Assembly: GCA_965279035.1 (NCBI GenBank)
Contig: OZ257142.1
Location: 1,152,001 to 1,216,000 of the forward strand
Direction of reading: 5' to 3'
DNA from: Bacteroidia bacterium
GTDB taxonomy: Bacteria > Bacteroidota > Bacteroidia > M30B66
Length of the DNA stretch: 64,000 bases
Part shown: piece by piece, positions 1-10,625 of the stretch
How positions within the stretch are numbered: the first letter of the stretch is position 1
Layout: the number at the start of each line of letters is the position of its first letter
The notes under the pieces: generated by a model
The model's database searches: none
Told to the model about the DNA's origin: nothing
What the model saw: only the letters and a program-made list of their open reading frames with translations
Made by a program: the position numbers and the translations under genes

Positions 1-13
1 TTGATGTTGCCAT
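1..13 (-). CDS. Probable 5' end of the next gene in the deoC-ALDH operon (MATS...), running off the window; by context possibly a second aldehyde dehydrogenase-family gene
   Basis: ATG at 13-11, 17 nt downstream of the ALDH stop. Only 4 codons are visible, so identity is inferred from context alone. Confidence 0.3.
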
Positions 14-30
14 GAGGAAATTCTTTGAAA

Positions 31-1533
31 TCAGGAAAACTGGAGATAGGGTAGAAGTCCGTGAAGACCGCCTTCGCGACCAAAGCCACTTTCCTTATAA
101 CCGCCAAACGGAGATGACGGATCAAATTTGTTATAGGTATTTGCCCACACAACACCCGCTTTGAGCTTGGTAGTCATGTTGAAAATCTTAGATCCTTTAT
201 CTGTCCAAACTCCAGCACTCAAACCAAATGGTGTATTGTTCGCTTTCTCAATCACTTCTTCCACTGTTCTAAACGTTTGAACGGCTAGCACAGGTCCGAA
301 AATTTCTTCCTGAACTACGCGATGACTTTGAGATGTATGTAAAAACAAGGTAGGCTTACAGAAATATCCTTTAGCTGGAACAGAACAATTCGGCTGATAA
401 ATTTCAGCACCTTCATTCACGCCAATTTTTAAGTATTCGTTGATTTTCTTGAGTTGTTCTTTGGAGTTGATTGCTCCGATGTCGGTGTTTTTATCCATCG
501 GATCACCAACAATTAAGCTTTCCATCCGATCTTTCAATTTGCGAACAACCTTATCGGCCACGCCTTCTTGAACAAACAAACGAGATCCAGCGCAGCAAAC
601 GTGACCTTGATTGAAGAAAATCCCATTAACGATTCCTTCAACCGCTTGATCTAATGGAGCATCTTCAAAAATGATATTAGCTGCTTTACCTCCTAATTCC
701 AAGGTGAGTTTCTTCCCAGTTCCGGCTATTGCTTTCTGAATGATTTTGCCCACGTCGGTCGAACCAGTAAATGCAATTTTATCCACACCTGGATGATTTA
801 CAATCGCAGCTCCGGTTGCACCAGCACCTGTTACAATATTCACCACACCAGCCGGTAATCCAGCTTCTTGGAATATCTCAGCCAATTTCAAAGCGGTGAG
901 AGGTGTTGTTTCTGCAGGTTTTAGAACAACGGTATTTCCAGTAGCTAAAGCGGGAGCAATTTTCCATGCTGCCATTAACAAAGGGAAATTCCAAGGGATG
1001 ATTTGTCCAGCAACACCAATCGATTTTACTTCACGTCCCGGAAATGCATATTCCAGTTTATCGGCCCAACCGGCATAATAGAAAAAGTGATTTGCTGCAA
1101 GAGGCACATCTATGTCGCGACTTTCTCGAATCGATTTTCCACCATCCATAGTTTCAATTACAGCAAATTCCCGAGCGCGTTCCTGAATCAAACGTGCAAT
1201 GCGATAAATATACTTTCCACGTTCCTTTGCTGGCATTTTGCTCCACACATTTTCGTAGGCATCACGAGCCGCTTTTACAGCAATATCGACGTCTTCCTGA
1301 GTAGCTTCAGCAATTCGAGCAAGCGATTGTTCGGTTGATGGACTGAATGTTTCGAAATATCCACCCTTCACAGGTTTCACCCATTCACCGTTGATAAAAA
1401 GCTCATACTGCTTTTGCAAACGTATGTGTCCAGTAGATTCCGGAGCTGGGGCATAAGCAAACTTGGAAATAAAATCGAGCGACAAGTCAGAAGCCTCTGC
1501 TGATTTCGATGATTTATTCGATTTTTTCGACAT
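31..1533 (-). CDS. Aldehyde dehydrogenase family protein
   Basis: Motifs IIPWNFP, KPAETTP, FTGS, LELGGK (catalytic Glu), GHVCCAGS (catalytic Cys), EEIFGP, PFGGYKESGFGREGG. Confidence 0.96.
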   Translation of the reverse strand: MSKKSNKSSKSAEASDLSLDFISKFAYAPAPESTGHIRLQKQYELFINGEWVKPVKGGYFETFSPSTEQSLARIAEATQEDVDIAVKAARDAYENVWSKMPAKERGKYIYRIARLIQERAREFAVIETMDGGKSIRESRDIDVPLAANHFFYYAGWADKLEYAFPGREVKSIGVAGQIIPWNFPLLMAAWKIAPALATGNTVVLKPAETTPLTALKLAEIFQEAGLPAGVVNIVTGAGATGAAIVNHPGVDKIAFTGSTDVGKIIQKAIAGTGKKLTLELGGKAANIIFEDAPLDQAVEGIVNGIFFNQGHVCCAGSRLFVQEGVADKVVRKLKDRMESLIVGDPMDKNTDIGAINSKEQLKKINEYLKIGVNEGAEIYQPNCSVPAKGYFCKPTLFLHTSQSHRVVQEEIFGPVLAVQTFRTVEEVIEKANNTPFGLSAGVWTDKGSKIFNMTTKLKAGVVWANTYNKFDPSSPFGGYKESGFGREGGLHGLLPYLQFS

Positions 1534-1559
1534 GATATGAGAATAATCGGGCGATGCCC

Positions 1560-2471
1560 TTAGTCGTTCGAGAAATAATTCAAACTTTGATAAACACCAG
1601 TTTCCTGTTTCACCAATTGCATGACAATATCATTAGCCAATTTAGAAGCACCGAAACGGAACCAATCTGGGTGAAGCCAATCAGCACCAAGGGTTTCTTT
1701 CACCATAACGAGATAATGAAGAGCCAGTTTGGAGTTGGCAATTCCACCGGCAGGTTTCATCCCAATCATTTTACCCGTAGCGTAGTAATAATCTCGAATG
1801 GCTTCAAGCATTACCAATGTAACAGGCATGGTAGCGGCAGGTTGAATTTTACCGGTTGAGGTTTTGATAAAATCGGCTCCAGCTAGAATGGCTAAATCAG
1901 ATGCTTTACGAACATTATCAAGCGTGCTGAGTTCTCCTGTTTCGAGGATAACTTTCAAATGTGCTTTTCCACAAGCATCTTTGATAGCAGCAATTTCATC
2001 AAAAACGAAATTGAATTCACCAGAAAGAAATTTCCCTCGGCTAATCACCATATCGATTTCATCGGCACCTTCATCCACAGCAAAACGAGTATCGTCTAGC
2101 TTAACTTTAAGCGGTGATAAACCACTAGGGAAAGCTGTTGCAACAGAAGCAACGTGAATTTTACTTCCTGCCAAAGCCTTACGAGCAACTTTCACCATGG
2201 TTGGATATACGCAAACCGCAGCAACCTGAGGAATTCCAGGAAAAGCATCGTGTGGATGCATGGCCTTGTAACACATTTGCTGAACTTTCCCAACCGAATC
2301 TTTTCCTTCGAGAGTAGTTAAGTCGATCATGCTCATGGCTAGTTTTAAGCCGGCAATTTTGGTTTCGTCTTTAATGCTTCGCGATTGAAAGCGTGCACAT
2401 CGTTCTTCAACGCCAACTTGATCGATGGTTGGACTAAATGCTGAATTGTATGATTTTAATATTGTTCCCAT
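1560..2471 (-). CDS. deoC: Deoxyribose-phosphate aldolase
   Basis: Motifs IDLTTL, AAVCVYP, GADEIDMV, LKVILETGEL, GADFIKTSTGK, KPAGGI, RFGAS. Confidence 0.95.
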   Translation of the reverse strand: MGTILKSYNSAFSPTIDQVGVEERCARFQSRSIKDETKIAGLKLAMSMIDLTTLEGKDSVGKVQQMCYKAMHPHDAFPGIPQVAAVCVYPTMVKVARKALAGSKIHVASVATAFPSGLSPLKVKLDDTRFAVDEGADEIDMVISRGKFLSGEFNFVFDEIAAIKDACGKAHLKVILETGELSTLDNVRKASDLAILAGADFIKTSTGKIQPAATMPVTLVMLEAIRDYYYATGKMIGMKPAGGIANSKLALHYLVMVKETLGADWLHPDWFRFGASKLANDIVMQLVKQETGVYQSLNYFSND

Positions 2472-2485
2472 TCGTGGTTCTTACT

Positions 2486-2493
2486 CAAAAGTA
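2486..2493 (-). promoter_or_regulatory. Bacteroidota sigma-70 -7 box (TACTTTTG) for deoC-ALDH
   Basis: Matches TAnnTTTG, 14 nt upstream of the deoC ATG. Confidence 0.6.
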
Positions 2494-2504
2494 GGAAATT
2501 TGAT

Positions 2505-2876
2505 TTAACGCAACTTAGTTGGCAATAAAGGCAATAATATCCAAGCTAATAAACAACCTGTAGTATTCGCGGCAAAATCTCCCCAATCGGCAGTTCTATC
2601 AGTGTAAAATGCCCATTGAAGAAATTCTATCAATCCTCCATAAATTACAACAAATACAGTAATCCAAAGACTGGATAGTCCATTTTGAACTCCAAATCGT
2701 TGCCATCGTAAATACAAGAGATTCAATAATCCAAAAACACCCAGATGGGCGAATTTGTCAAAATTAATTAAATGAATTTCTGGCATATCTCTACCGGGCA
2801 GTAATGTTAATGTACTAACAACAACTGTCCAGATAATGGCAGGCAGAGTATATCTGCGCATGGAATTAATGTCCAA
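2505..2876 (-). CDS. VanZ-like family membrane protein
   Basis: Motifs [33 protein letters not shown]; four hydrophobic segments. Confidence 0.85.
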   Translation of the reverse strand: MDINSMRRYTLPAIIWTVVVSTLTLLPGRDMPEIHLINFDKFAHLGVFGLLNLLYLRWQRFGVQNGLSSLWITVFVVIYGGLIEFLQWAFYTDRTADWGDFAANTTGCLLAWILLPLLPTKLR

Positions 2877-3246
2877 TCAATGCCTTGTAGTCGGCAGCAG
2901 AAAGGAGCGAAGAGGTATTATCGGGATTACTAAGTTTTACTTTGATAATCCATCCATCACCATAAGGATCGCTATTAACCGTTTCAGGAGCTCCATCCAA
3001 GATGTTGTTAAACTCAATGATTTCAGCAGTAACTGGCATGAATAAATCAGAAACTGTTTTTACGGCTTCTATGGAACCGAAAACTTCTTCTGATTCAATG
3101 GTTTCACCAACTGTGTCAACTTCAACAAAAACGATATCACCCAATTCACTTTGAGCAAATTCTGTTATGCCAATTGTAGCATTATCGCCTTCAATGCGAA
3201 TCCATTCGTGATCTTTGGTGTATAAGAGATTTTCTGGGAAATTCAT
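2866..3246 (-). CDS. gcvH: Glycine cleavage system H protein (start placed at MNFPENL)
   Basis: Motifs [23 protein letters not shown], lipoyl-Lys motif [18 protein letters not shown] promoter box at 3265-3272 favours ATG 3246. Confidence 0.96.
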   Translation of the reverse strand: MNFPENLLYTKDHEWIRIEGDNATIGITEFAQSELGDIVFVEVDTVGETIESEEVFGSIEAVKTVSDLFMPVTAEIIEFNNILDGAPETVNSDPYGDGWIIKVKLSNPDNTSSLLSAADYKALIGH

Positions 3247-3264
3247 GCGTATTAATTTTGTTTC

Positions 3265-3272
3265 CAAACCTA
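3265..3272 (-). promoter_or_regulatory. -7 promoter box (TAGGTTTG) for gcvH-vanZ
   Basis: Matches TAnnTTTG upstream of ATG 3246. Confidence 0.55.
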
Positions 3273-3321
3273 CGTGTTTTGTTCACATACAGCAAGAAAA
3301 CAGAGGAAATAAAATAGTAGA

Positions 3322-6300
3322 TTATTGATTTAATGTAAATCGCAAACTCAAGCCGAAACTGGTATTTGAATTTGGAAATTGATTCGAGATAAAAGGCTTA
3401 TTAGAAGTTCTATCGAAGAATAATCGAATGGTGAACTTCGAATTCACAACATAATCAGCCGTTGTTTTAATTGTGATGTTCTGTTGTCCAGCTGATAATA
3501 TTGGATCAAAGATCGTTTCACCTTCAATAGGAATCTTGCGAACAACCGTTTTATTCGTTCTGATGGTTACATCACATCGAACGTTGAGGTCGCTTTTAAT
3601 TTTCTTGGTTGAGCCAACTACTTTAAACGGTAATTCAACATTATTGAAAACGTATCCCGATCCAATTGTTATTTCTTTTCCGTTCACTTCCGTAATTTGA
3701 GAATTCTGTAAACTCAAAGATAAATCGCGCGTTTTACGCATCTCGAATTTAGTGATCAAACTATTTTTCCAGGTCATATCCACATTCAACATAGGCCCAA
3801 ATTGTTCGGATAGTGACGCCATTAGAATATTTAATTGTGGAATGACGTTGCCTGTTTGATCCGTTGAATTTGGGTTTTGTAATGCTAATAGGTTAGTGGT
3901 AAACGATCCGATATTGAATGTTGAACGGTAAGAATGACTTAAGGAAATGGTTTTGAAATACTTCTTAAAGAAATCGAGTTTGGTTAATCCATCATATGTT
4001 ATTCTCCAATTCGGTTTGGGAATAGCTGGGAACATACTCAGACTCTGTTTCGAAGGATCATTGCCCATGTAGGTAGACATGAATGAATACAACAATACAT
4101 CTTGTTGTGTACTTCCAAATCCTGTTGGGTAATTAGTTGTTGGATTAACACTGTTTGTTGAAAGTCGACTCGCTACAGCATGCCGATTATCTAAGAAACG
4201 TTGGAAATTATTAGAAGTGTGTAGTTTATTATCAAGCTTTTCAAAGGCAGTTCCCCATGTATTGGTCGACATACTGAATGTTCCCGTTTTGAGTGTACTT
4301 ACTTCCTGGAACTGATCAGTATTGGCATTGTACTTATAAATTGTGCTAAAACTTTCGGAATAAGTTCGATTGGCATTCAGTGTAATTCTTAGCCCTGGAA
4401 TAGGTTCAATAGTCGCATTCCAAGTTAAGTTCTTCGATAAAGTTTTGGTAAAGGCATTATTGAACGTTGTGTCTCGAGTGAGTGCACCGCGTTGAACCAT
4501 TAAACTCCGAATATCTTGTTGACTACCAAATAAAAATCCAGTTGTAGGTGTTCCACTTTTCCAATCACGACCTATGTATTGACTTGAATTAATAAATCCG
4601 GGTAAGCCTGTACCATTTGTTTCGGTATATGTTACAGAAACATTTTTTAGCATCATCAGAAATTTGGCTGCATTTTCTAGAATGATATCAAAAGCGGTTT
4701 CTTTTTTCTCTGTAGAATCTTTTTTCGCTTTGGGATCTTTAGGTGCATTCGGGTCTTTTGGATCTTTCGGTGCAGCTTTCTTTTTATTAGTCTTAGGCTT
4801 TGTTCCTTTTTTCTGGTTGATTTTTTTAAGATAAGGTACCTTGTTATAAAGCTGCATTAGATTGGCCTGCCCACTCGAATTGATACTGTTAGAATTCGTT
4901 ATAGAATTTCCAAAAGGATTCGCTTTAAATTTATTAGCATTTGAGCTGTCTCTAACTAATGGTGCCGCAACCCAAGAATATGTTGCTCCATAAGACACAT
5001 TTCCCGACACCCAATTTAAGATTGGAACTTTTGAAAAAGGAATAGTGTACGATGCATTTAATGTATGCTGATAATTCGTATTACGTCCACCTTTTTTCAA
5101 ATTCCGAATGACCGAATCACGTTTAGAATTTGTATTAATCGCTCCAGGTTCTTCATCTACACGACTTTGATTGGTCGCCATGAAATCGAGTTGAAGTGAT
5201 TTAGTTAATGGATATTTGAGATCATAGACTCGACTCCAAGTAAACGATTTGAAGAACGTCGTATCAATTTTCAACAAGGCGATATCGGAAGTGTTCCTCA
5301 ATTTTTGGGAATTGAAATCACGTGCAATATCTGATCTAAAGGCAATTCTCGATGGAGACAAACCAATATTAAAATCTTTAATCAAGGCCAAGGCTTTTGA
5401 TTTCTCAAGCAACTTTGATTTTTTGAAAGGCTCCCACGCTTTAGCTTTTGGGGCATAGGTGTATCCTAATCCAACATCTATGTTTTTGGTATAGTTAAAT
5501 TCAACTTGGGGCGATCGTTGAAACTGGTCAGAAAAAGCATAAGTAAAATCTAAGTTTTCTACATCAAAGAAATGTGCTTTCGTTGCTCCTTGCTTTTTGT
5601 TTTTCTTCACATTAGTGAAGTTGATACTTCGGCGCTTTGTATATATCTGAGAAAGTTGTTTGAGTGAATCTCTAGCTCCTTCGCTCGGTTGATAGTCTAA
5701 TGCTCGTTGAAATTTCACATCGGCATCGAGTGGATCAAATTGCGGATTACTAATATTTTCGCCCAATTCCCAATACAATGGGATTGACATATTCCATGTT
5801 TTTGGAAAAAACTTCCCTAATTCAAGATTGCTAATGATACTATAGGTTGTTGTATTCGCACGCGCCCTTTCCATAGGCTTCTTTTCAATACTACCAAAAC
5901 CAAATGTAGTTCTACTACCAGCCAAAGCGATAGTTCCCAAATCGGCTAGTTTTGCTGTAACTCGTGCATTTGCAGCCCATCCACCAGCTTCAAAATAATC
6001 CGAAACGCGTAATTCATTCACCCAAATTTCGGCACATCCAACAGAACCATCATCTGGCCAAGGATTGTACTCGTCATTTTGAGGATTTCGAATACCAATC
6101 ATCATGGTTTTTACTCCCGAAATTTGTGGTACTCCAACTACTGTAATTCGGTTATCAGGAAAATCAGGATCTTGATAATAGAAGGGTTTGTTAAACGTGA
6201 TACTCGGATCAGAAAGCATCAGCGTATTCCGATTTATCTTCGCATTCGTAAGTGTTTCAAGGAGGAAATTGAAGCTATTGTTCCAAATGTCTTCAGGATT

Positions 6301-9300
6301 GGCAGTTCCATCTGCACAACGCTTTAATGGAATTTCATATTCGTAATAGTTATTTACGAAATCTGTCCCCAAGCGAATAAATGCAGTAAGTTGTTTGTCT
6401 GGCCATTGATTATTATTCATCGATTCAGCATGTACTTCCATACGAATACGACGATAAGCCCGAATATCTAAATTGGTGTTTTTAAAAACTGCTCTTGCAT
6501 CTCCATCTTCCAAATTACACACGCGTAGTTGCAAGGATTGCTCATTTAGCTGTTGAAGATTCGTTGTTGTTACATCAACTTCTCTTCGGATTTGAGGAGG
6601 TAACACATAATTAACAGGTGTTTTATCTCCGTTTTCTTCAATATTAACAGTTGATACTTGAAATTGGGTGTTTAAATCATTTCCGATGAATAAACCGGGT
6701 TCTTTCAGACTATAATCGAAACGTCTCCACTCTGCACGTACCAATTCTAAACGAGCCATACGAACAACCACTTCTTGTTGCCAATTATGGAAAAACATCC
6801 GCATAAAACGAATCGAACGGAAATCGCTAATTGATCCTACTTTGTTTGAATAGCTTCGGATAGGAACTCGAAATTGATACCATGTAACATCAATGGGTTT
6901 TCCATTCGCTAATTCTCCTTTTCCGGGTACTTTATCGATGATGTAATTTTGACCAACCACCATATCCTGTGGCCTTAAACTCAAACGATATTGAAAATAA
7001 GCTTCTGAAGTACTTAAGGTATTATCACTATTGATGTCTTCAATATTAGGTAATGGAGAATTTGCTGTAGGATATGATTCTATTGGATCTTGACCTAATC
7101 TTGAATTATTTTCAAGTCCATTGTATAAGGTGTAGCGAGTTAAAATATCGGCCGATTGTGCATCCCATTCTGAACTGCGGAAGAAACGATAATCATCATT
7201 CGAAGGATCTGCTTGCAATTGTGTAAATGCATCAGCATTCAATACAGATTGTGCTTCTGTTAAATAATCTTGAAAGAAAACGCGTTCAGAATCATTCGGT
7301 AAACCATCGAGTCCAACATCCTGTAAAGGACGACTTGTTGGATTATTATCAAAAGCTCTTACTAAAGGTGGAGCTGTAGGATGTTTTCCCCAAGTTGTGT
7401 AAGCTACGTTAGTGTTTTCGGCTGTAACTGGAATTCCATTTTCAAATGATTGCTGGCCATCACGAAGAATATCTTCCGAAATATTTCCAATGTTGATGTA
7501 AAAATCTCCACCCGTTCCATTGTTGATTGGTGTTCCAGCTAATCCATCTGCAAATGGATCCATCATCCAAAACTCAATGTAATCGATGTTTGCTGACTCA
7601 AAATCGTTCGTTTCAATTCGGCGCATGATGCCCGCCCAACGCGTTCTTGGATCTTTTAATGTACCATCCGGATTTAATCCTTTGGCGTATGGATTATCAT
7701 TTACAACATAATTATACGGACCACGAAGAGTTGGATTAAAATGCATGTCTAAAACAGGCATAATCTGCACTTGACCATTTGGTCGCGCTTTATTCGGGAA
7801 AATTTCTGTTTCAACAATTTGACGCATGAAATTATTACTCTGCATCGGAGAATCTTTTACATTCTCGGGTGTTGTACTCCCATTTCTCGAAAACAAAGGA
7901 TCAATTGTATACCAATTAATTTTTGAACGATTGTTATTGTATCTCCTATCGTCAAACAAAGTTCCTTCTGTTAACAACGATAATTGTCCACTTGGGGTTG
8001 AAGCTAAAAACCAATTACCAAAACTTCGAATATCGATGGAAGATTCTGCTCCTTCGAAATCATCGATGTAGGACAGTCCATCTTTACCAATCACTTTGGA
8101 ATGTCCTGGAATTAGTTTAGCACCTTCCCAACTGGCTGTGATCGAAGATGTTTCTTTCGTGCTGTAAAATGGAAGTTTGTCAACCAAACGAGTTAGAAAG
8201 CGAGAATCACTTTTGAAATTCCCATCAATTCCTAAAATGGTATTGTTGATAGGCTCATCTCCAATATTGATTTTCTGAGTCATTGGACGTTCGCTCAGAT
8301 TCATCACCGTTGCTCCCAAACCAAAATCTTTCGAAATCTTATAATCGAAATGTGCACCCATCAAACGCTTACTCTGAATAGCAAAGAGTGTATTGGTTTC
8401 GAGTGAAATGCTAATAGGCGTTTGTGAATTGAGTAATCCTTGGTTAATAATCCGTACACGACCTAAGGCATAGTCAACCGTATAATCCACATTTTCGGTA
8501 AGAGGCAAACCTCCTGCTGTTACAGTAACTGAACCTTGAGGAACATTCATCGCATTCAAGGAAATTTCTGAACCCGAAGCAGATTGATATGAACCTTGAA
8601 TGTAGAAACGATTGTGCTGTGCGTCGAGTTGAGCTAATGGTTTCGTTGTTACATACAAGGAATCAAAAGCATAACGATTGGCTAAAGGATTTTCATCGGG
8701 TTGTATGTACTTACTTCTCAGGAATTTTTTAAATGGTTCCCGCATAGGGAAAATAATTCTTCCTTTATCTGATTGAATAGTCTTACCCTCAATGAAATCG
8801 TAAAATCCATCGGCTTGAGGATCGTTTTGATTATTCAATCGATCGAGGTTAAACAATTGGAGAAGTATCTTTCCTTTTACTTGAATTCCCTCAGGAATCA
8901 CGTTCATCTTCACACTTGTTTGCTCATCCTGATAAAGAACGTTTAGCTTGAAATTGTCTTTACTAATCTGATATCCATTAAGTGAATACACGTTTTTCAT
9001 CATCAAATCCCAAATGGGTTTTTTGGTGAAAACCTGAGTGCTTTTAAGCATTTTTAAAACGAGAATTCCAGTACCCTGAACATCCGTAGAAAACTCACCA
9101 ACTTGATATACTTGCTGTCCTTGAGCAGTATTTATTGTATACTGATAAGCTACCGATAAAACCTCATCCGCATTAAGCGCTTGATTTAATGAAACGTAAC
9201 CAAGCAATGGGTTGAATGTATATTCTGTTGGACTTAACAGTCGCGCATTTTGAAGGTATTCATAATCAACTGCCGGAATAAACTGAGGATTTTGATTTAG

Positions 9301-10584
9301 AATTTCATTGGCTTTTGAGCGAAATAATGGAAACTGAGCAATGAGTTGAGATGGTTGAAGATTATTATTCTCATTACGTGGTGGAGAAAATTGAGTAACG
9401 CCAGGTTGTGTTGCTGTTGGCGATAGTGTGCCTCCATTGAAATAGGCTGCGTTTCCTTCAGCTAAATCGGCGAATGCTGCAATGTTTCTCACATTAGTAG
9501 TTGCATACGTCCTGTTGGTTATATAAACCTCAATACGTGTTACATTGAATGGCGATGTTACGTTTGGAAGTGTAGCCATCGATTGATCATATCGATCCTT
9601 AAAAAACTGATTCAGGAAAAAATGTCGGTTTGCATCATAATCAGATGCTGATATATCAAACTGAGTAGTTTGAGCTCCACCTTGTACATTAATCGTTTTT
9701 TTATCTCCTTGTTGTTGTGAGAAAATCGTTGTTGCTGTAAGTCGACCGAATTTTAATTTAGTCTTTACTCCCATCAAACTCTGGCTACCAGTTATGAGAG
9801 TTCCTGTAAGTGGCATACTTACATTTCCCGCTTCAAGAAGTTGAATGATTTCATCTTCTTTTCCTTCATATTTCAAGTTAACCTTATTGTCGAAATTGAA
9901 ACCGGTTTCGGTGTTGTAATTGGTTTGTAACTGAATTTTATCGCCGATTTTACCAACGATATTCATTTGAATTTTTTGTTGGAAGTTGAACGCTCCAACA
10001 CGTTGCTGGCGAATTGGCAAAGCCGGATTCATGGTCCGGTTAAAGTTTCCTCCAAAGATTAATTCAGCAGAACCTTGTGGACGAATATCAATGGTGTTAC
10101 TGCCGAAAATGGTGGCAAAGGCATCACCCGGAACAGTAATTTTCGGTTGAAATCCTTTTTTGGGTTTTGTGGCATCATCCGAAGCCATGCGATCGCGCCA
10201 GTTTTTTTGTAGCGCTTTATCAAAATCCATCTCCTGATACTCTTGAAAAGTCAAGTAAGTAGGATAGCCATAACGCATATCACCCATTTTTTGGGTAACA
10301 TCGTATTCATTTGTTTTTGGATTCAGGATGATATCCGTTTGAATATTGGAAGGATCGGCTAGAAAAAGTCCGCTAGGATTGGGATCAAGCGGATCGAGTT
10401 CAGCATCTGAAAAAGGGAAAGGCAATAAACTATCTGGATCAGTTGTATCAGGAACAGATAGTTCTTTTTGAAAAAGCGATTTTTCTTCAATCAATTCTAC
10501 AGGACGGCTATTCGCGCTCCATGCAATAGCAACGAAGAGCAAAACAGCAATGCTTACAGAAAGATATTTATCGTACTTTTTCAA
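3322..10584 (-). CDS. sprA: T9SS outer-membrane translocon SprA (Sov)
   Basis: 2420 aa with signal peptide; IFGSNTIDIRPQGSAEL, YEGKEDEIIQLLEAGNVS, IEFWMMDPF, WVNELR; C-terminal beta-strand (FGLSLRFTLNQ); typical maeB-ruvA-sprA-gcvH order. Confidence 0.95.
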   Translation of the reverse strand: MKKYDKYLSVSIAVLLFVAIAWSANSRPVELIEEKSLFQKELSVPDTTDPDSLLPFPFSDAELDPLDPNPSGLFLADPSNIQTDIILNPKTNEYDVTQKMGDMRYGYPTYLTFQEYQEMDFDKALQKNWRDRMASDDATKPKKGFQPKITVPGDAFATIFGSNTIDIRPQGSAELIFGGNFNRTMNPALPIRQQRVGAFNFQQKIQMNIVGKIGDKIQLQTNYNTETGFNFDNKVNLKYEGKEDEIIQLLEAGNVSMPLTGTLITGSQSLMGVKTKLKFGRLTATTIFSQQQGDKKTINVQGGAQTTQFDISASDYDANRHFFLNQFFKDRYDQSMATLPNVTSPFNVTRIEVYITNRTYATTNVRNIAAFADLAEGNAAYFNGGTLSPTATQPGVTQFSPPRNENNNLQPSQLIAQFPLFRSKANEILNQNPQFIPAVDYEYLQNARLLSPTEYTFNPLLGYVSLNQALNADEVLSVAYQYTINTAQGQQVYQVGEFSTDVQGTGILVLKMLKSTQVFTKKPIWDLMMKNVYSLNGYQISKDNFKLNVLYQDEQTSVKMNVIPEGIQVKGKILLQLFNLDRLNNQNDPQADGFYDFIEGKTIQSDKGRIIFPMREPFKKFLRSKYIQPDENPLANRYAFDSLYVTTKPLAQLDAQHNRFYIQGSYQSASGSEISLNAMNVPQGSVTVTAGGLPLTENVDYTVDYALGRVRIINQGLLNSQTPISISLETNTLFAIQSKRLMGAHFDYKISKDFGLGATVMNLSERPMTQKINIGDEPINNTILGIDGNFKSDSRFLTRLVDKLPFYSTKETSSITASWEGAKLIPGHSKVIGKDGLSYIDDFEGAESSIDIRSFGNWFLASTPSGQLSLLTEGTLFDDRRYNNNRSKINWYTIDPLFSRNGSTTPENVKDSPMQSNNFMRQIVETEIFPNKARPNGQVQIMPVLDMHFNPTLRGPYNYVVNDNPYAKGLNPDGTLKDPRTRWAGIMRRIETNDFESANIDYIEFWMMDPFADGLAGTPINNGTGGDFYINIGNISEDILRDGQQSFENGIPVTAENTNVAYTTWGKHPTAPPLVRAFDNNPTSRPLQDVGLDGLPNDSERVFFQDYLTEAQSVLNADAFTQLQADPSNDDYRFFRSSEWDAQSADILTRYTLYNGLENNSRLGQDPIESYPTANSPLPNIEDINSDNTLSTSEAYFQYRLSLRPQDMVVGQNYIIDKVPGKGELANGKPIDVTWYQFRVPIRSYSNKVGSISDFRSIRFMRMFFHNWQQEVVVRMARLELVRAEWRRFDYSLKEPGLFIGNDLNTQFQVSTVNIEENGDKTPVNYVLPPQIRREVDVTTTNLQQLNEQSLQLRVCNLEDGDARAVFKNTNLDIRAYRRIRMEVHAESMNNNQWPDKQLTAFIRLGTDFVNNYYEYEIPLKRCADGTANPEDIWNNSFNFLLETLTNAKINRNTLMLSDPSITFNKPFYYQDPDFPDNRITVVGVPQISGVKTMMIGIRNPQNDEYNPWPDDGSVGCAEIWVNELRVSDYFEAGGWAANARVTAKLADLGTIALAGSRTTFGFGSIEKKPMERARANTTTYSIISNLELGKFFPKTWNMSIPLYWELGENISNPQFDPLDADVKFQRALDYQPSEGARDSLKQLSQIYTKRRSINFTNVKKNKKQGATKAHFFDVENLDFTYAFSDQFQRSPQVEFNYTKNIDVGLGYTYAPKAKAWEPFKKSKLLEKSKALALIKDFNIGLSPSRIAFRSDIARDFNSQKLRNTSDIALLKIDTTFFKSFTWSRVYDLKYPLTKSLQLDFMATNQSRVDEEPGAINTNSKRDSVIRNLKKGGRNTNYQHTLNASYTIPFSKVPILNWVSGNVSYGATYSWVAAPLVRDSSNANKFKANPFGNSITNSNSINSSGQANLMQLYNKVPYLKKINQKKGTKPKTNKKKAAPKDPKDPNAPKDPKAKKDSTEKKETAFDIILENAAKFLMMLKNVSVTYTETNGTGLPGFINSSQYIGRDWKSGTPTTGFLFGSQQDIRSLMVQRGALTRDTTFNNAFTKTLSKNLTWNATIEPIPGLRITLNANRTYSESFSTIYKYNANTDQFQEVSTLKTGTFSMSTNTWGTAFEKLDNKLHTSNNFQRFLDNRHAVASRLSTNSVNPTTNYPTGFGSTQQDVLLYSFMSTYMGNDPSKQSLSMFPAIPKPNWRITYDGLTKLDFFKKYFKTISLSHSYRSTFNIGSFTTNLLALQNPNSTDQTGNVIPQLNILMASLSEQFGPMLNVDMTWKNSLITKFEMRKTRDLSLSLQNSQITEVNGKEITIGSGYVFNNVELPFKVVGSTKKIKSDLNVRCDVTIRTNKTVVRKIPIEGETIFDPILSAGQQNITIKTTADYVVNSKFTIRLFFDRTSNKPFISNQFPNSNTSFGLSLRFTLNQ

Positions 10585-10625
10585 TCAATCAATAGTTCAA
10601 TAAAAGACAAACGGAACATGATACG

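Noticed and set aside
2505-2876. VanZ-like gene, together with the unusual ddl, as a glycopeptide-resistance cluster
   Set aside because: The two genes are about 42 kb apart, no vanH/X/R/S is present, and VanZ-like genes after gcvH are ordinary in Bacteroidota.
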